A stretch of DNA of 64,000 nucleotides from Pelomyxa schiedti (taxonomy: Eukaryota > Protista > Evosea). Made by a program: the position numbers and the translations under genes. The stretch spans positions 1-64,000 of the forward strand of contig JAHLWZ010000865.1 in assembly GCA_020536535.1 (NCBI GenBank), read 5' to 3'. A model generated the notes under the pieces. The model worked only from the letters and a program-made list of their open reading frames with translations, ran no database searches and had not been told where the DNA came from. This document shows positions 23,501 to 36,369 of this stretch, in pieces; position 1 is the stretch's first letter; the number at the start of each line of letters is the position of its first letter.

Positions 23501-26372
23501 ATGACAAGCCCGCCAGCAGCGGGGCTGGTCTCCTCGTCGTCATCATCCAGCAAACACAGTTCACGTCACCCCACGGGAACAACTCGGACAATGTCGGTGG
23601 ATTCTGTGCCTACCGAGTCCAACGCCTCCGTGGCTGCATCATCCAAACCCCGCAGCGGCACAACCGAATGCGTGTCTAAACAATGCTCCCTCAAGGACAA
23701 GCCCGCTGATATGCGGTCTTCCTCTTCCTCCTCCACTGACAAAGTTCCGTCCACTTCGCCGCCGGCGTTGTCCCTGGCCCCCCCACCGCCCTCCTCCTCC
23801 TCTTCCTCCTCCTCCTCCTCCTCGTCTCCGATGACCACCTCGCCGACTCCCCCAGTTGTCTACTGTGACCCCTCCCTAGGGGCCGTTTCCTACATCCCCT
23901 CGTCCCCGCTTGTTCCCCTCTCTGCGTCCCACCTGGGATCCGGGGGTATCCTAGGCAAAAAGAGTGCCTCCCTGGGCGCCGAGCTTACGACCACCGCAAC
24001 TACGGCAAGCGGCGGGCGGGAATCAGGATCAGGCTCCATTCCTCGACGGACCACGGTCTCGCCGTCGCCGCCCCCGCCGGGCTCACGTAAACTCGTACCG
24101 TTTCACAAACAGATCCCGTCCCCGGCAAAGAACTGCCTCATGACACACTCGGCCCAGGAGATTCTGGAAAAACCTTTCACTAGGCTCTCGGTGTGCAAAG
24201 ATTGGCTTCGGCTGTCGAAGGGTTTTTCTGTTGTCGACCAAACTTCGGGTTGGTCCCACTCATTCCACAAACCAAGTTAGGCTTTGACTGTCTAAGTGTA
24301 AAAATAGGCACGCTTTTCTACGACCACGACACAATAGAGCCTCCATCAAATCAAATTGAAGAGGCGTTGTCTATGCTAAATGCAATATGGTCCATTACTG
24401 AGCCTGCAGATAACGTTATTGACCTAGTCAAACTCTATCGCCGGCATGTCTCCAACCCCGATCTTGATTTTATGCATCAATTTCAAGTACGCCTGGACAT
24501 CCATTGCCCATATTCCTAAAGAGAGCAAAGGTATTCTTAGAAGCCTTAGAAAAGACTCACAAGCACCTATCTACTCAAGCATTGAAGTGTGTATGCCAAG
24601 GTTGGTTATCTAGTTCCTTCCTCTATTTTTACTTGTTACTGCAGAAATGATCTACCCTGCAGTAATGCACTTTCACAAGACGTTGTATACCAAATATCCC
24701 TTCAAAGATAAAAGGAGTACTTGGAGGGTGTCTGTATTTGTATCTCATCCGCGCACACAGTTCATGGAAATTGTTGTAGCGCATTTGAAGGGGCAGGAGT
24801 CACATGAAGCAAATGCATTCTCATTTGCATGGGAATTGGATGTTGTACTAAAACAAGAGTAAGTTTTTACTGCCGAGTTGGAAACTTACCATCTTCAATC
24901 AGTGAGAGCCCAACATCCGAATTGTATATTATCAAGTATGATTTAGGGGATGCGATGAAGGTTAATAATAATTAAAAATTCAATGTAGCTATCTATCTAA
25001 TCCTTAAAAGGAACCAAGTCGATCAGATATTGTTGCTTATTTTGAATCAGAACTTCACCCGAACTGCATTTTCCAGAAGGTTGAGTTTCTCATTTCAAAG
25101 AGAGTCCATAATTAATTATCTTTTAGATTTGGTCCTCCCTTCCCCCCTCCATAAGAACATACAGAATAGTGACGAATTGGTATATCCGGCCTTACTAGTT
25201 GCGAACTCACTTACTATTCCCAGTACTAAAATTCTTGACACACAAGGAAACATACTTTTTAAGTCCGTAAACTATACTCCACTTTGCTGTACACTCTTGG
25301 AACTGACGAGAGCTATCGCAATTGGCTTGGACTCTTTTGACTCGTCAAGTCACTACACGAAGAAAGCAAACAATGTACCTGTTAATCCTGAAAGAAAACG
25401 ATAAAGATCTTCTGAACAGCAAATTTCTACTAAGCATATAGCTCTTTTTAGGTGACACGTTCACAAGCACAGGCTGGCAAACGATGCAGTCAGATACGAC
25501 ATTTCTCAGAATCATCGCCCTCCTTTGGATGGTTAACTGAAACTAATGTAACTCTACCGCCTAACTGTGACCTAGGATATACTTGCTATGCCACAAAAAA
25601 TTGTGAGGGAATTATTTGTCGGAAAATTCCCGCTTGAAAAGGAGGGCAGGAGATCTTCCACACTGCAATTCGCGGAAAACAAACGAGTGTGCTAACAGCC
25701 CTTACAGAAAGATTAACGAGAATTTATTAATCCTGAAGGTGACTGTTTGTCATAAAGTAATCGAGCACTCCTCCTCCGCTGCATTGCCATTCGAGTTTTG
25801 CTGGCAATTCGCTGCTGAAATAGATCCTTTCAGCGATGGAATCAACACGGGGTACGATGCCTTCCACCATATCCAAAAATGCTCCTCCACCAACCATTTG
25901 CTTGGGCAGGTTGCAGATTGTATCATACACCTTTTTTGACAACATGCCCTACCAAGACCGAATGCAGTGGACCCTCGCCGCCGCGCCCCTGCTCACTGAC
26001 ACCACCAAGGAGAAAAAGGTTGTGCAAATTCCGGCTGTGGCATTACTCCAGGCCTGCTGTGCGTCACTTCAATCATCGCCGCACAGTGAGCAAGTTGTGG
26101 CCCTTGACAACCTCTCGGCCCCGGTAGCAGTTGAAACAGCCCTGAGGAGCCTATTGGCATCCTTGTCACACTGCCATGCTGTCCCGGTGGTTTCACTGAA
26201 AACAAGCAAAGCTTTCACTGTAAGTACTAGTAGCACTCACCCGGCACTACACACAAGTGGTGGCTCGGCTGCTGCAACCGAGGTGGATGTCCCAAAGGCA
26301 ATATCCACTTCCCCCGCACCAACTACAACAACAACAGCCACATCCACAAGTACGCCAATCTCTGATGAGTAA
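23501..26372 (+). CDS. Hypothetical protein: Ser/Pro-rich N-terminus and two related globular repeats
   Basis: Repeat 1 IYPAV...FKDKRSTWRVSV...IVVAHLKGQES...FSFAWEL; repeat 2 VTVCHKVIEHSS...FEFCWQF; GT-AG introns between ORF fragments. Confidence 0.5.
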
Positions 26373-26620
26373 AACTAGAACACGTGTGATCTCCACAATT
26401 TTTGGTGTTGCGGGTTATGCACGTTTCCTCACGTTGCAGATGGATCCGAGAAAACCCGCTCTTTTTTGCGATTAGCGGAAGTGGAATTGCTGCTTTTCCT
26501 CGACATACTCATCCTGCTCGATAAAGCGAGGGCGTTCGGGAGTTCCCCAAAATTACAACCACCAACAAAACAAAGTCTTCTTTCAGCACCACACCACGGG
26601 CCGAAGGCACAAGATCCAAG

Positions 26621-28383
26621 ATGGGCTGGGGAACTGTAGATTACGCAACGTTGACGTGGATCACGGCCATACCGACCGCTTCCATGATGCTCGGAATGGT
26701 CCTTGTACAGTTTTGGCAACCAACCCCAAAACTCACTGCTTTGATGCAGGTCTTTGGCTTGGGTTTTTTGTGGTTTTTTTTTTTTTTTGTGTCTGTGTTT
26801 TTGTTTTATTTTGTACTATGGAAAACGATAATGATATTCACTTATGTAAAAGCATTTTGGAGCTGGGGTTGTTTGTTGTGCCGTGGCCTGTGAAATACTT
26901 CCTGTGGTGCTCAGTGAGGAATACTCTGACCGTATTCGAACCCCTTCTGCATCGTCCACTAAACAACCTTTAAGCTCTGGATTACCTTGGAATCATTGCC
27001 GGTTTTGCTGTGGGTGTTACCGTTATGCTACTAATTGCTCGGTTAATCCCCAAATATGAGGCACCGGAAGAGAAACACAAAGACGTTAGTCCTTCACTTG
27101 GCTTGTTCCTGCTAATGCATCACCAGAAAAAACGATCTTCCTCACACAAAGAGCATTCTTCTGCAAAACACAAAACCCCGGGATCTTTACCCAATGACGC
27201 TGTTACAACAGTTGTCGTTGCCCGTGTAGTATCTCAACAAAGTTCAGAGAATGTTCTATTCTGGATGTGCTACTCCTTCTTATTATTTTTTTTTCTGTGC
27301 AGGAGCAACCCAGTTCCCACAACGTCAGCGCCCCACACATGTTAAATTCCGATATTGTCGAAGACGATCCCACTGTAAGTGGAAATAGCAGTGGCAGTGA
27401 CAGTGACGATGAAGCCACACCCCTTAGGAAAGAAAGCATTGAAGTCGAAGAAGGTTTGATGAATGCCTCTCTTCTACTGGCTCATTTGTTAAAGATCCAA
27501 AAAATTCAAGATGGCGCTGCCCCATCAACAAGGGGAATTGTGCTCGAACAATAGTGAAAGTGCCCTGGGGACTGATTGGTAGTTTCCATAACCCTACTGG
27601 CTTAAACTCATTTCCATTGCAGTTCCAGTTGCCACTGGTATGTGTAACCCCTGTCTTTTTGAACATGTCAAATAATACCGTCTGTAAGATGGCGCCATGG
27701 ATGGGCTTCTTATCGGTATTACGTATATTGGTGCTAACTTATACTCTGGTATTGTAATGGCTATTGCTCTAGCAATCGAAATGTGTTTCCTTGGAATGTC
27801 AACCAGGTACTCATTCTCACCAACACATTTGAAATAACCTCAATAGCAATCAAATGGCGAAAAACGATCTTCCTCGTGCTGTGGCCATTCCCATTTGCCT
27901 GGGTCTGCCATTTTTCATCATTATATCTGGTTATATTGGTGCTGCAATTCTTGCAAACGTTTCTGGGCCAATTTTTGTGGGAGTGGTCAGTTTCGGCATG
28001 GCCGGTATTACTCTCTCTATTCTGTGCCTCCTAATTCCCCTTCAGCTCTTCTGTTCCTGATATCTGATGAACTTCTGGTGGAGGCCCACAAAGGTGCGGG
28101 CTTTTATAATTTATATGCCTTTATCTAACCTTTGCCATTTTCAGAGGAAGAAAACGATACATGGTGGGTGACTATTTTCTTCTTCATTGGTATGTAACCC
28201 CTCTCCCAAAACCAAACAAATGAACAAACTTCATCAGGCTTTGGCACAGTCACAGTACTTCAAAAAGTACTAGAAAACCACCTATCAGCCAGCAGCAGTG
28301 AGCATCTCTTCTGCCCCTGTCCAGCTTCCTTCTCCAACGCCACATCCACATCCTCATCTTCATCCATATCCTCATCCATGTAA
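26621..28383 (+). CDS. ZIP (ZupT/GufA-type) divalent metal transporter
   Basis: MQHFGAGVVCCAVACEILP, His/Ser-rich loop, GAMDGLLIGI, IALAIEMCFLG, LFLISDELLVEAH, FFFIGF. Confidence 0.85.
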
Positions 28384-28393
28384 AAAAACCCGA

Positions 28394-28490
28394 AGAAAGA
28401 AAATTTTACCAGATAAGAGATGCCATTAATGGGCTAATATCCGCGCAAGCCCATCATTAGTATCTCTTGTCTGATAAAAATTTTCTTTCT
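28394..28490. repeat. 97-nt imperfect hairpin (inverted repeat)
   Basis: AGAAAGAAAATTTTACCAGATAAGAGAT...ATGGGCT, 12-nt loop, AGCCCAT...ATCTCTTGTCTGATAAAAATTTTCTTTCT. Confidence 0.85.
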
Positions 28491-28680
28491 CAAGTTGAAA
28501 AACGGAAACAAAAAACCAAGAGATCTCCTTCTTTAAAAAAAATAATCAAAATAAAAAATCAAAAAGCGAAGGGGTGTTAGATCCGCGAAGGTGAAGCCTA
28601 CATCGTACGTCCTCTTGCACTTTTCTTTATGTTATTCATCTTTGTGCACAAAAATTAAAAGCAAAAAAAGCAGAAAGGCG

Positions 28681-31600
28681 ATGGCTACGAAAAATCCGAC
28701 ACTTCTTAGAGGGGTGACGATCTACTTGTCGGCCTCTACGTCGCAAGTGGCTGCAGGATCGTCTAAAGTGAGTGTGTATTCTACAAGATCGGACTTGATG
28801 AGAGCCGTGAAAGCCTGTGGTGGGAAAATATCTTTTGCTCTTAACTCTTCAACCACACATTGGGTCGTTCCTGACTCAAGTATGAGCCTTGCTTCTTGTT
28901 ACTTTTGAAATACACTGAATCGCTCTCACGAAGATGAAGATGAATCGTGGCGGGATGTTGCTAAGATTAGACAAGCAACAACCTACTCTACTAAAATTGT
29001 AAGGGAATCATGGCTGGTTGACACCCTGGTAAACAATGCTCTACAACCCGAGGGAGGATATGCACCTCCCAAAGATGACAAGTGGGCCAAGCACCAACAA
29101 GAGTGGGATGCTTATCACGCAGAACTATGGGATGATAGCACCGACGAAGTAGAAGAGAGAGTGATTGTATCTAGTGCCCCTGAAACTGTTCAACCTACTG
29201 AAGACTGTGGTGTGTAAACAAATTCAGCATTGTCTCCTTATTTCCCTCAGGTCCTTGGCCAACAAGCACAGCCGGACTTCCATCTGTAAAAGTTTCTACA
29301 TTCAAATTGGCTGACAAGTCCCAACCCCGCTTTCCTGAATCTTTTTCAACTTTGAAAAAGGAGGTTCTTCAGGTTTTCCCTCTCTCACCTCAATACTCAT
29401 ATCTAACATGAGCTCAAAGTGGACTGATGTCAAATCAAACCACAATAAGGTTGAACTCTTCTACGAAATTTGTTTGCTAAAATTTGCAGTACTATGCCAT
29501 TGAAGTACACAAGGGTGCTGAGGGTGGCAAAACAGTATGTTAACTCAACTACTCCCCGAATCTGACCAGATTAACAGCAATTCCGTGTTTTCACTCATTA
29601 TGGGTTTGATTTGCAGGTGTTTTTATTTTTTTTGCCTAACTGCCTTCAAGACGGACAGATGATCTTGTGAAAAACCCAATGGCTGGTCAACGGGAGTGTA
29701 GATATATTAACTCTCTGGAGCAAGCTAAGGCCCTCTACGCCTCCATATATCAGGAGAAGACAGGAAAGAAAGGCTACAGGCCAGTGTCAATGTCTTCCTC
29801 AAGTATAGGTTTCCCCAAGGTATTCAAGATATTATTGCCCGCTTATAACCAAGTAAAGGCATCCAGCACCTCTGAAACTCAAGAAAGAGCGTCGCACCCT
29901 TTAACACCGGTGGAACAGCTTGTCTGGTACATTTTTGAAGAGGTTTTTCCACGTTCTTCTTCAGGGAATCTGAATCAGCTCTCAGGCCACTCAAACTATG
30001 ACAAGCATTGCTGCCGTAACTATCACAAGCCGAGGCATTGAAACACCTTTAGGGTTGCTGACTGTGGAGCAAATTAATAAAGGAGAAGCTGTTTTAGAAA
30101 AGATAAAGACTGCTTTGTTAAACTCTAAAGTAGGCGGCATACAAACATTGAATAAACTCTAACGTTCCACAGGATCTTTCACTTCTTGAAGACTTATCCG
30201 GAGAATTCTACACAATAATTCCACATAGAATAGGTATTCTGCCTTACAGCACAAAACTTTGCTAATGTGTGTTAGGAAGATCACGTGAGGAAATTCGAGC
30301 GGCAGTGATAAAAACCCAAGAGCAACTCACACAAAAGGAAGAACTACTTCAGTTGATGAAAGATTTGCTTCAGGTACATCATTTAATTAACATGTTGATG
30401 ACCTCATAATTTCAGGTTAACAGCTCAGGAGCATTATCTAGTACCGCCATTTCAAACAAGTACCATGCTCTTAAATGCTTCATAAAGGTTTCATTTCAGT
30501 TATTTTGCATGCCTCACTTATGTTATCCTTAGGAACTGCCACAAAATTCTTCTATATTTCAGGTTGATGTTTTTTCCTCAGTCTTACATTCCTCTCACTG
30601 GAGATAGGCTATTAAAAATATTGTACTCAATTCCCAAGTGAAAAATGAGGGGATTCAAGTTGAAAGAATTTATGCCTTGAAGGTTTCCTATTCCCATTAA
30701 AAACAAATAGCATCTCATTTGGCCTAGAAACCAACTGAGCATGAACGATTCGAGGCGGGAATCACACCTCATGTGATCTTACTCATTCCTCACTGTCTTT
30801 ACTGAATAGTTTCCCTAGGATATGTTGTTTCACGGTTCTAAAATATGTAACTGGGTTGGAATTCTTTCAAGAGGACTCCTTCTTCCAAAGGTTCTGAATC
30901 AGTCTTATCCTGCCCTTTTGGTAAATTTTGCTAGTCTGTTGTCGCACTTGGAGGGAAAAGAACAGATTATGGATTGCTTGGTGGTGGCTTGTATTTCGCT
31001 GGTTCTGCCGGTGCCTCCGCAAAATATACATCCACTGGGTCAAGGGGAACAAGGTACAGGAAATTTGGAGAAATAAACTCTAATTTTCACTTTTTAGGCT
31101 TATGCTTGTTTGTCGAGTGGCACTTGGATCAGTTTATGATACCAGTTTAGAACAGCCTCAACTAATGAAGTAAATGGGCTATGGGCTTTGTGGGGAAGAT
31201 TAAAAACACAACTAAGTTCAAACAGTCCTCCAACAGGCTTCCAATCTGTGCATGGTGTACCAGGGCCAGGTTCATTTGTTGGTATGTATTACCATCAGCC
31301 ACTGAAAACCTCTGATCTACAACAGATGACGAATTTGTCGTTTATGACTCAAACCAATATCGCTTTGAGTATCTTGTAGAATTTAGGTATTTTTCCACGT
31401 TCGGTACCTTTCTTTCGAACAGTTTTTCTGCAGCCTTCCTAATGACGCACACTCTTCAAGTACACACACCGAACCCATACTTCCCAAGGCAATCTCGACA
31501 AATGTACATTGCCTCTTAATTCCCCAGTTTGAAATGTATTAGGTTGGCAACGCACTTCCCATTCCTAAAAAACCTCTTCCTACTGAGAAAACAGAGGCGC

Positions 31601-34600
31601 CCCACAGACCCCAACTGGAGCAACAAATCCCAAAATCTGCAAAGCAACAAAGGCCCCTTTCACTAAAAGAGTGTATTGGGTCTGAAAATTTACGTATCAA
31701 AGAGGAGGAGGACAGATTGCGGTAAGAATTTCATGAAGTGAGCATGCTAATAGTATCCCAGACAGCTCTTTGCCAACTCCAGAAATAGTAGCGAGCTCAG
31801 AAATGATTTTTTGCACTGTGTAAATGTATTTAACAATACTGAGAAGTTTTTATATTCGGATCTCTCCAATGAAGAGGTTGGAATGTTTTTGTATTTAACA
31901 TTCCCTAAATAAGTACAGAATCTCCCAATGATTTTGAACTCCAGTGCACAACCCAAAGGACGCTCAGCTATTACTAGCAGCCAAGTGGACTTCACACACA
32001 AATTCAATTCTTTCACTTCCAACATGTTTGAAAATTTTGACTGGTCCAATGTTATTGTGGCGGGTGGTTGTGTTTTGGCTTGCATGTTGTCCAATCCTGG
32101 AACCGACTATGACAGGTGCTACTACATTCACATAAATCTTTACTCATAACCTCCAAGCTCTGATATCGACATGTTTATTTACGGGTTAACTCAAGAACAA
32201 GCCAATGAAAAAGTATTTTCACTCTACAACACAGCTCACTAACAACAAAGCAAGTTGAGGTACATATATAATTCTGTGCATTCAGCTGGGGCCGAGTGCA
32301 TTCGAACGAAAAATGCAGGTAAGAGTCAATTGACTCCTCTCAGTGTGTCTGACTGGAACAAGTTACCATTTTGAATCAGCACCCCAGAAGGCATATTCAG
32401 ATTGTGCTCAGGTTTGGGCAACTCTCACACCAAAATTGACCCTGAAATTATAGAATCTACATGAGCCCCGCTGAAGTACTTCTTGGATTTGACATAGACT
32501 CTTGTAGTGTATGCTACGATGGAAGAAATGTCTGGGCAATCCCTAGAGCCATCCGAGCTCTTACAAAGAGGTCTCCTTCCCTCAACCACAACCTGTGCTA
32601 AAATTCTTCAGATACAATTTAGTGGACATGTCCCGAAGGTCTCTCACTTATGAAGTCCGGTATTGGTCTCAACTTTTTTATTTCCTTTGATCTCACTGTG
32701 TCCACAGACTGTATAAATATAGCAAAAGAGGTTTTGCTGTTGCTGTGCCAAATTTCTCTAGGTAAGAATATTTGTACTTGAAGTTTCTCACTTTCCGTAG
32801 AGATCGAGTGGATCCCGAACTTTTCTCCAAATCTTTAAGTCAAGTATCTGGCCTAGGTCAAATCTCAACTCAACGCAAGTGAAATTAACACTCTTGTCAG
32901 GAAAGCTTCTGTTAATGGAGTACCACTCAACAAAATCTCCCGCAAAGGATAATGACACAATTAAGCGGTAACACCTCTCCTTACCGTATTTACCGTCTTA
33001 CGTTGAAAAGAAATAGTGACGGCCAGCGTGGCTCTCGTGCTCTTTTCAGTAGTGACAGAGTGGCGTGGGAAGCGACCCATAACAATGAAACGCAGTCTGA
33101 TTATGCTGATGTTATCATCCCCTGGGGTCCTCATTGGGTACCTAGTAAAATACTCAAGTTATTGAATTACAGGTAGCTATGAAGTCTGTAGGGCAGTTTT
33201 TCTTATTCCCTTTGCAGAGACAAAGCGTTCTTCTTCTCACAGAAGACCCCTGATCAACAATTGAAGCACAGACACATATTTACAAGTACACCTCTTTCCT
33301 ACCGATTAAAATATTCATGCCCTTTCAGGCGGTATAGATGGAATCCTCTCAGGGAAGTCCTGCTGGTGCAAATGGTGCACGGAAAACTGGAGCGGACCCA
33401 TCAATGGTGCTACACATGTATTGGGACCAATTTCTTGGTTGATGGAGAACCCGGGCACACAGTTATTAACAGGTAATGACCGCCTGGTTGAACACTTTTC
33501 TTAGAACGATGAAGGAAGCTTTCATCCCGTCTCTGACGATCTCTGGGACGCAGATGCTTATCGCAAACCTGACGCAGGTATGAACCAAAGATCTTTCTCC
33601 TACACTAACCGGTAAAAAAAGAGACCCACAATGCTCTCTGTGAGGCTTGTTTTTCTGGGGACTATGAAGCCATCAGACAAAGTTCGGTAACAACAAATCA
33701 GCTTGCAACTCCATCGTGTGTCTTATATTTGACTCCCCTGGCTCTTTGCATGGCTGGTGCTGCCTCGTCATCTCCATCCGTCCTCGGTTCAATTGATTTC
33801 CTCATGTCCCATCACTCCTCTCCCACAACACTTCCAACTAGTCCAGCTCACAAGGTGAACAACCTCACTCATCTGGCTGTCGCATCCTTCATTGGGAATC
33901 CGGCAGTAGTCGAAGCTTTGCTCCAAAAGTGTGGTGGCACATCACCCTCAAGGACACCCAACGCACCACCACCACTTCACGTGGCAGCATACTATGGCAA
34001 TGTAGAATGTATGAAAAAACTGCTCGCTTCTGGGTGCTCCCCGTTGGAAACAGATATGAATGGAAGGTGTGCAGTACACTAAATAGAAGCCAATTCTAAT
34101 CCCACTCAGAAATGCCCTTCATCTTGCAGTAGCTGGGGGAAATATTGAAGCTGTGAACCTTTTATTGAAAGATGCCTCAACAGGGTCCCAAGCGAAAATG
34201 GCGCAAGATAACGGCGGCAAAACCCCTTCCCAGTTTGCTGAGGAATGTGGAAATAGGGGTATCTTAGAAGGGGCAAAAGTCAAGCCATTGGATTCTTCTC
34301 TTAAGATCATAACCAAAAGCCACAAGGTATCCACTTCCGCCCTTTGCATCGCCACTTACTGGAGAAGGATCCTTCTTTAGACGTTTTGAGCTGCTGTCTG
34401 AACCCCTCCGAACTTGCTCGAGCACTCGCTAATGGTGGGGCCTGGGATCAAGCGGACTTGTTTGGGGTTTCTGCTTTGCACAGTATAAGATGTCAAAATG
34501 TTTCCTTTCGGCTTATTCTTCTCAGTTGCGTGCCTTAATGGCATTCAACCCTCAGTTGAGAGTCTTATCAAGGCAGCTCAAATGAGTAGTAAACCTCCAA

Positions 34601-36180
34601 AGGACTGTTATGGACAAGTATTACCTTCACAATTTTTCTACTTACTAATATTCACTCAGACCCCACTTCACTATTGCGTCATGCAGGTGAGTCTCAACTG
34701 TTTTTTTTTTTTTTTTTTTTCGTTGAGGTGCCTTTTTCCAGGCGAACTTCCTTGCTATGAAAACTATCGCTTCCAAGTTCCCACAGTGGCTAGACATTCC
34801 CAACTGGTCTGGACAGTCACCTCTGTATTATTGTCTTGCACTCCGATGTAGGTTATGTAGTTTTGAAAACGACATCATGAGCGGGTATGGCTATTGTCAT
34901 CAAAGTCAGTACATTTCCTTCCCAACTGCTTAGGTTACCAACAGTCACTATGAAAAGTGGCTGGGAGGAAATGAAGAACTACTTTTTGTCGGCTGGAGTT
35001 GCGGTACCTGCAGTTTCACCTTACCCAATTCCACCTCTGCCCGCTTCACAATTTCTACAGAAGGTATCGCCTCCACTACAAGCATTCCTCTAAGTGAAGT
35101 TTTAGATGGAAACCTCTTGTGCTGACTCTGTACCAAGTTGCATGATAAGACTGCAACAGCGATTACAACACCAAGAGAAAATCAAACCCCAGGTAGCACT
35201 GCATAAGCACATAACTAAGGTTTAATGTGTTAACTAGAGCCTCCCAACAAAACCCGAGCAATTTGAGAAGAAAAAAATCACCAAACCAATGAAATCGGCT
35301 CACACAACAAAAGCAACCTCTGACAAGCCTTTGAAGAGGGAAAAACCCATCAAGAAGACTGAGGCTAAGCCAGAAAGGAAAAAGCCGCTCCCAAAGAGTA
35401 AAGCGCCCGCTTTTGGAGCTAAGTCATCAGCATTTGGTGGTTCTGGAGCATCCTCATTTGGATTTGCACCTGGATCTTCAGCCTTTGGGTCTGCGTCGTC
35501 TGCATTTGGGGTTACTTCAGTAGCAGCACTACCAGAAAAGGAGGAAAGAAGTTCTTCTTCTTGGACATTCAGCAATAGCTCTGCACCCCAGACTAGTTAT
35601 GCACCAGGAACGGTGTCATTCTCTGCCCTGAAATTCTCTCTTCCTGCTCAAAAGTCAGTTCCATTTACCCCGCTTCCTTCCACACCAAAAGCGCTGTTCC
35701 CCAAACACACTATTAATACATCAGGTACCTTTACCCACACCCATCAACTACTAACTGTCACCTTAAGCTTATCCTCTACCACTCCAAACCACCATCCAAG
35801 CAATAAGTATGCCACATTTTTCCATTTACGTAATTTTAACATTACGGTAGCATCACCAACAAGTAGGCTCTCTTCCATTCCTTCCAAGCTCCTTGCAATT
35901 ATCGTCCCGCTCGCCAAAGGTAAAATTCTTCATACCAACATTCTCTCCAAATAAATGTTTATTGACCACAGCCACACCCTCAACAATCATTAACTTACAG
36001 TAATGCACAGAAAACCGGATAACCACCGCGGAGAAGAACGTGTTGAAGGAAATGACCCTCACGTGGCCGCTTCCTCCCCAGCTCACAGCAGCAATGGAGG
36101 CCTTTATCCTCGATTGGGACATTGACGAGCTGGCCGACACCCTCAAACGTCTCGTTGTACTACAACACCACAATTTTTAA
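28681..36180 (+). CDS. BRCT-WGR-PRD-PARP fused to Pol-beta-type nucleotidyltransferase, ankyrin repeats and an FG-like/helical C-terminus
   Basis: BRCT (CGGKISF...TTHWVV...KIVRESWL); WGR (SNHNKYYAIEVH...VFTHYGR); PRD (TPLGLLTVEQINKG...FYTIIPH); catalytic domain (LFHGS...GLYFA...DDEFVVYD..Q...EYLVEF). In-frame linker, then NVIVAGGCVLAC...SDIDMFIYGL...HIQIVLRIY.SPAEVLLGFDID...RRSLTYEVRLYKYSKRGF; ankyrin repeats (PLHVAAYYGNVECMKKLL); last exon ...DELADTLKRL...*. Confidence 0.85.
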
Positions 36181-36369
36181 AAGAAAAAATGCTTATTTAC
36201 TTACTCTTAGTTTGACATGTTTGGGGAAACTGGAATTCGAGCCGGGCCATGTCCCTTCCCTCTTGAGGTTAGGAGTAGCACAGGAGTTGTGGGACCTCTT
36301 TAGGCAAAAAAGAACCCTTTGTTTCAACTTTTTTTTGCAGCTGGGCATTGCCCACCTTCAGTCGACTAG

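Noticed and set aside
23710-23830. TCC/TCT trinucleotide runs (also ~14750, 15085, 47640) as tandem-repeat elements or arrays
   Set aside because: They encode poly-Ser/Pro tracts inside exons; there is no repeat-spacer structure and no CRISPR.
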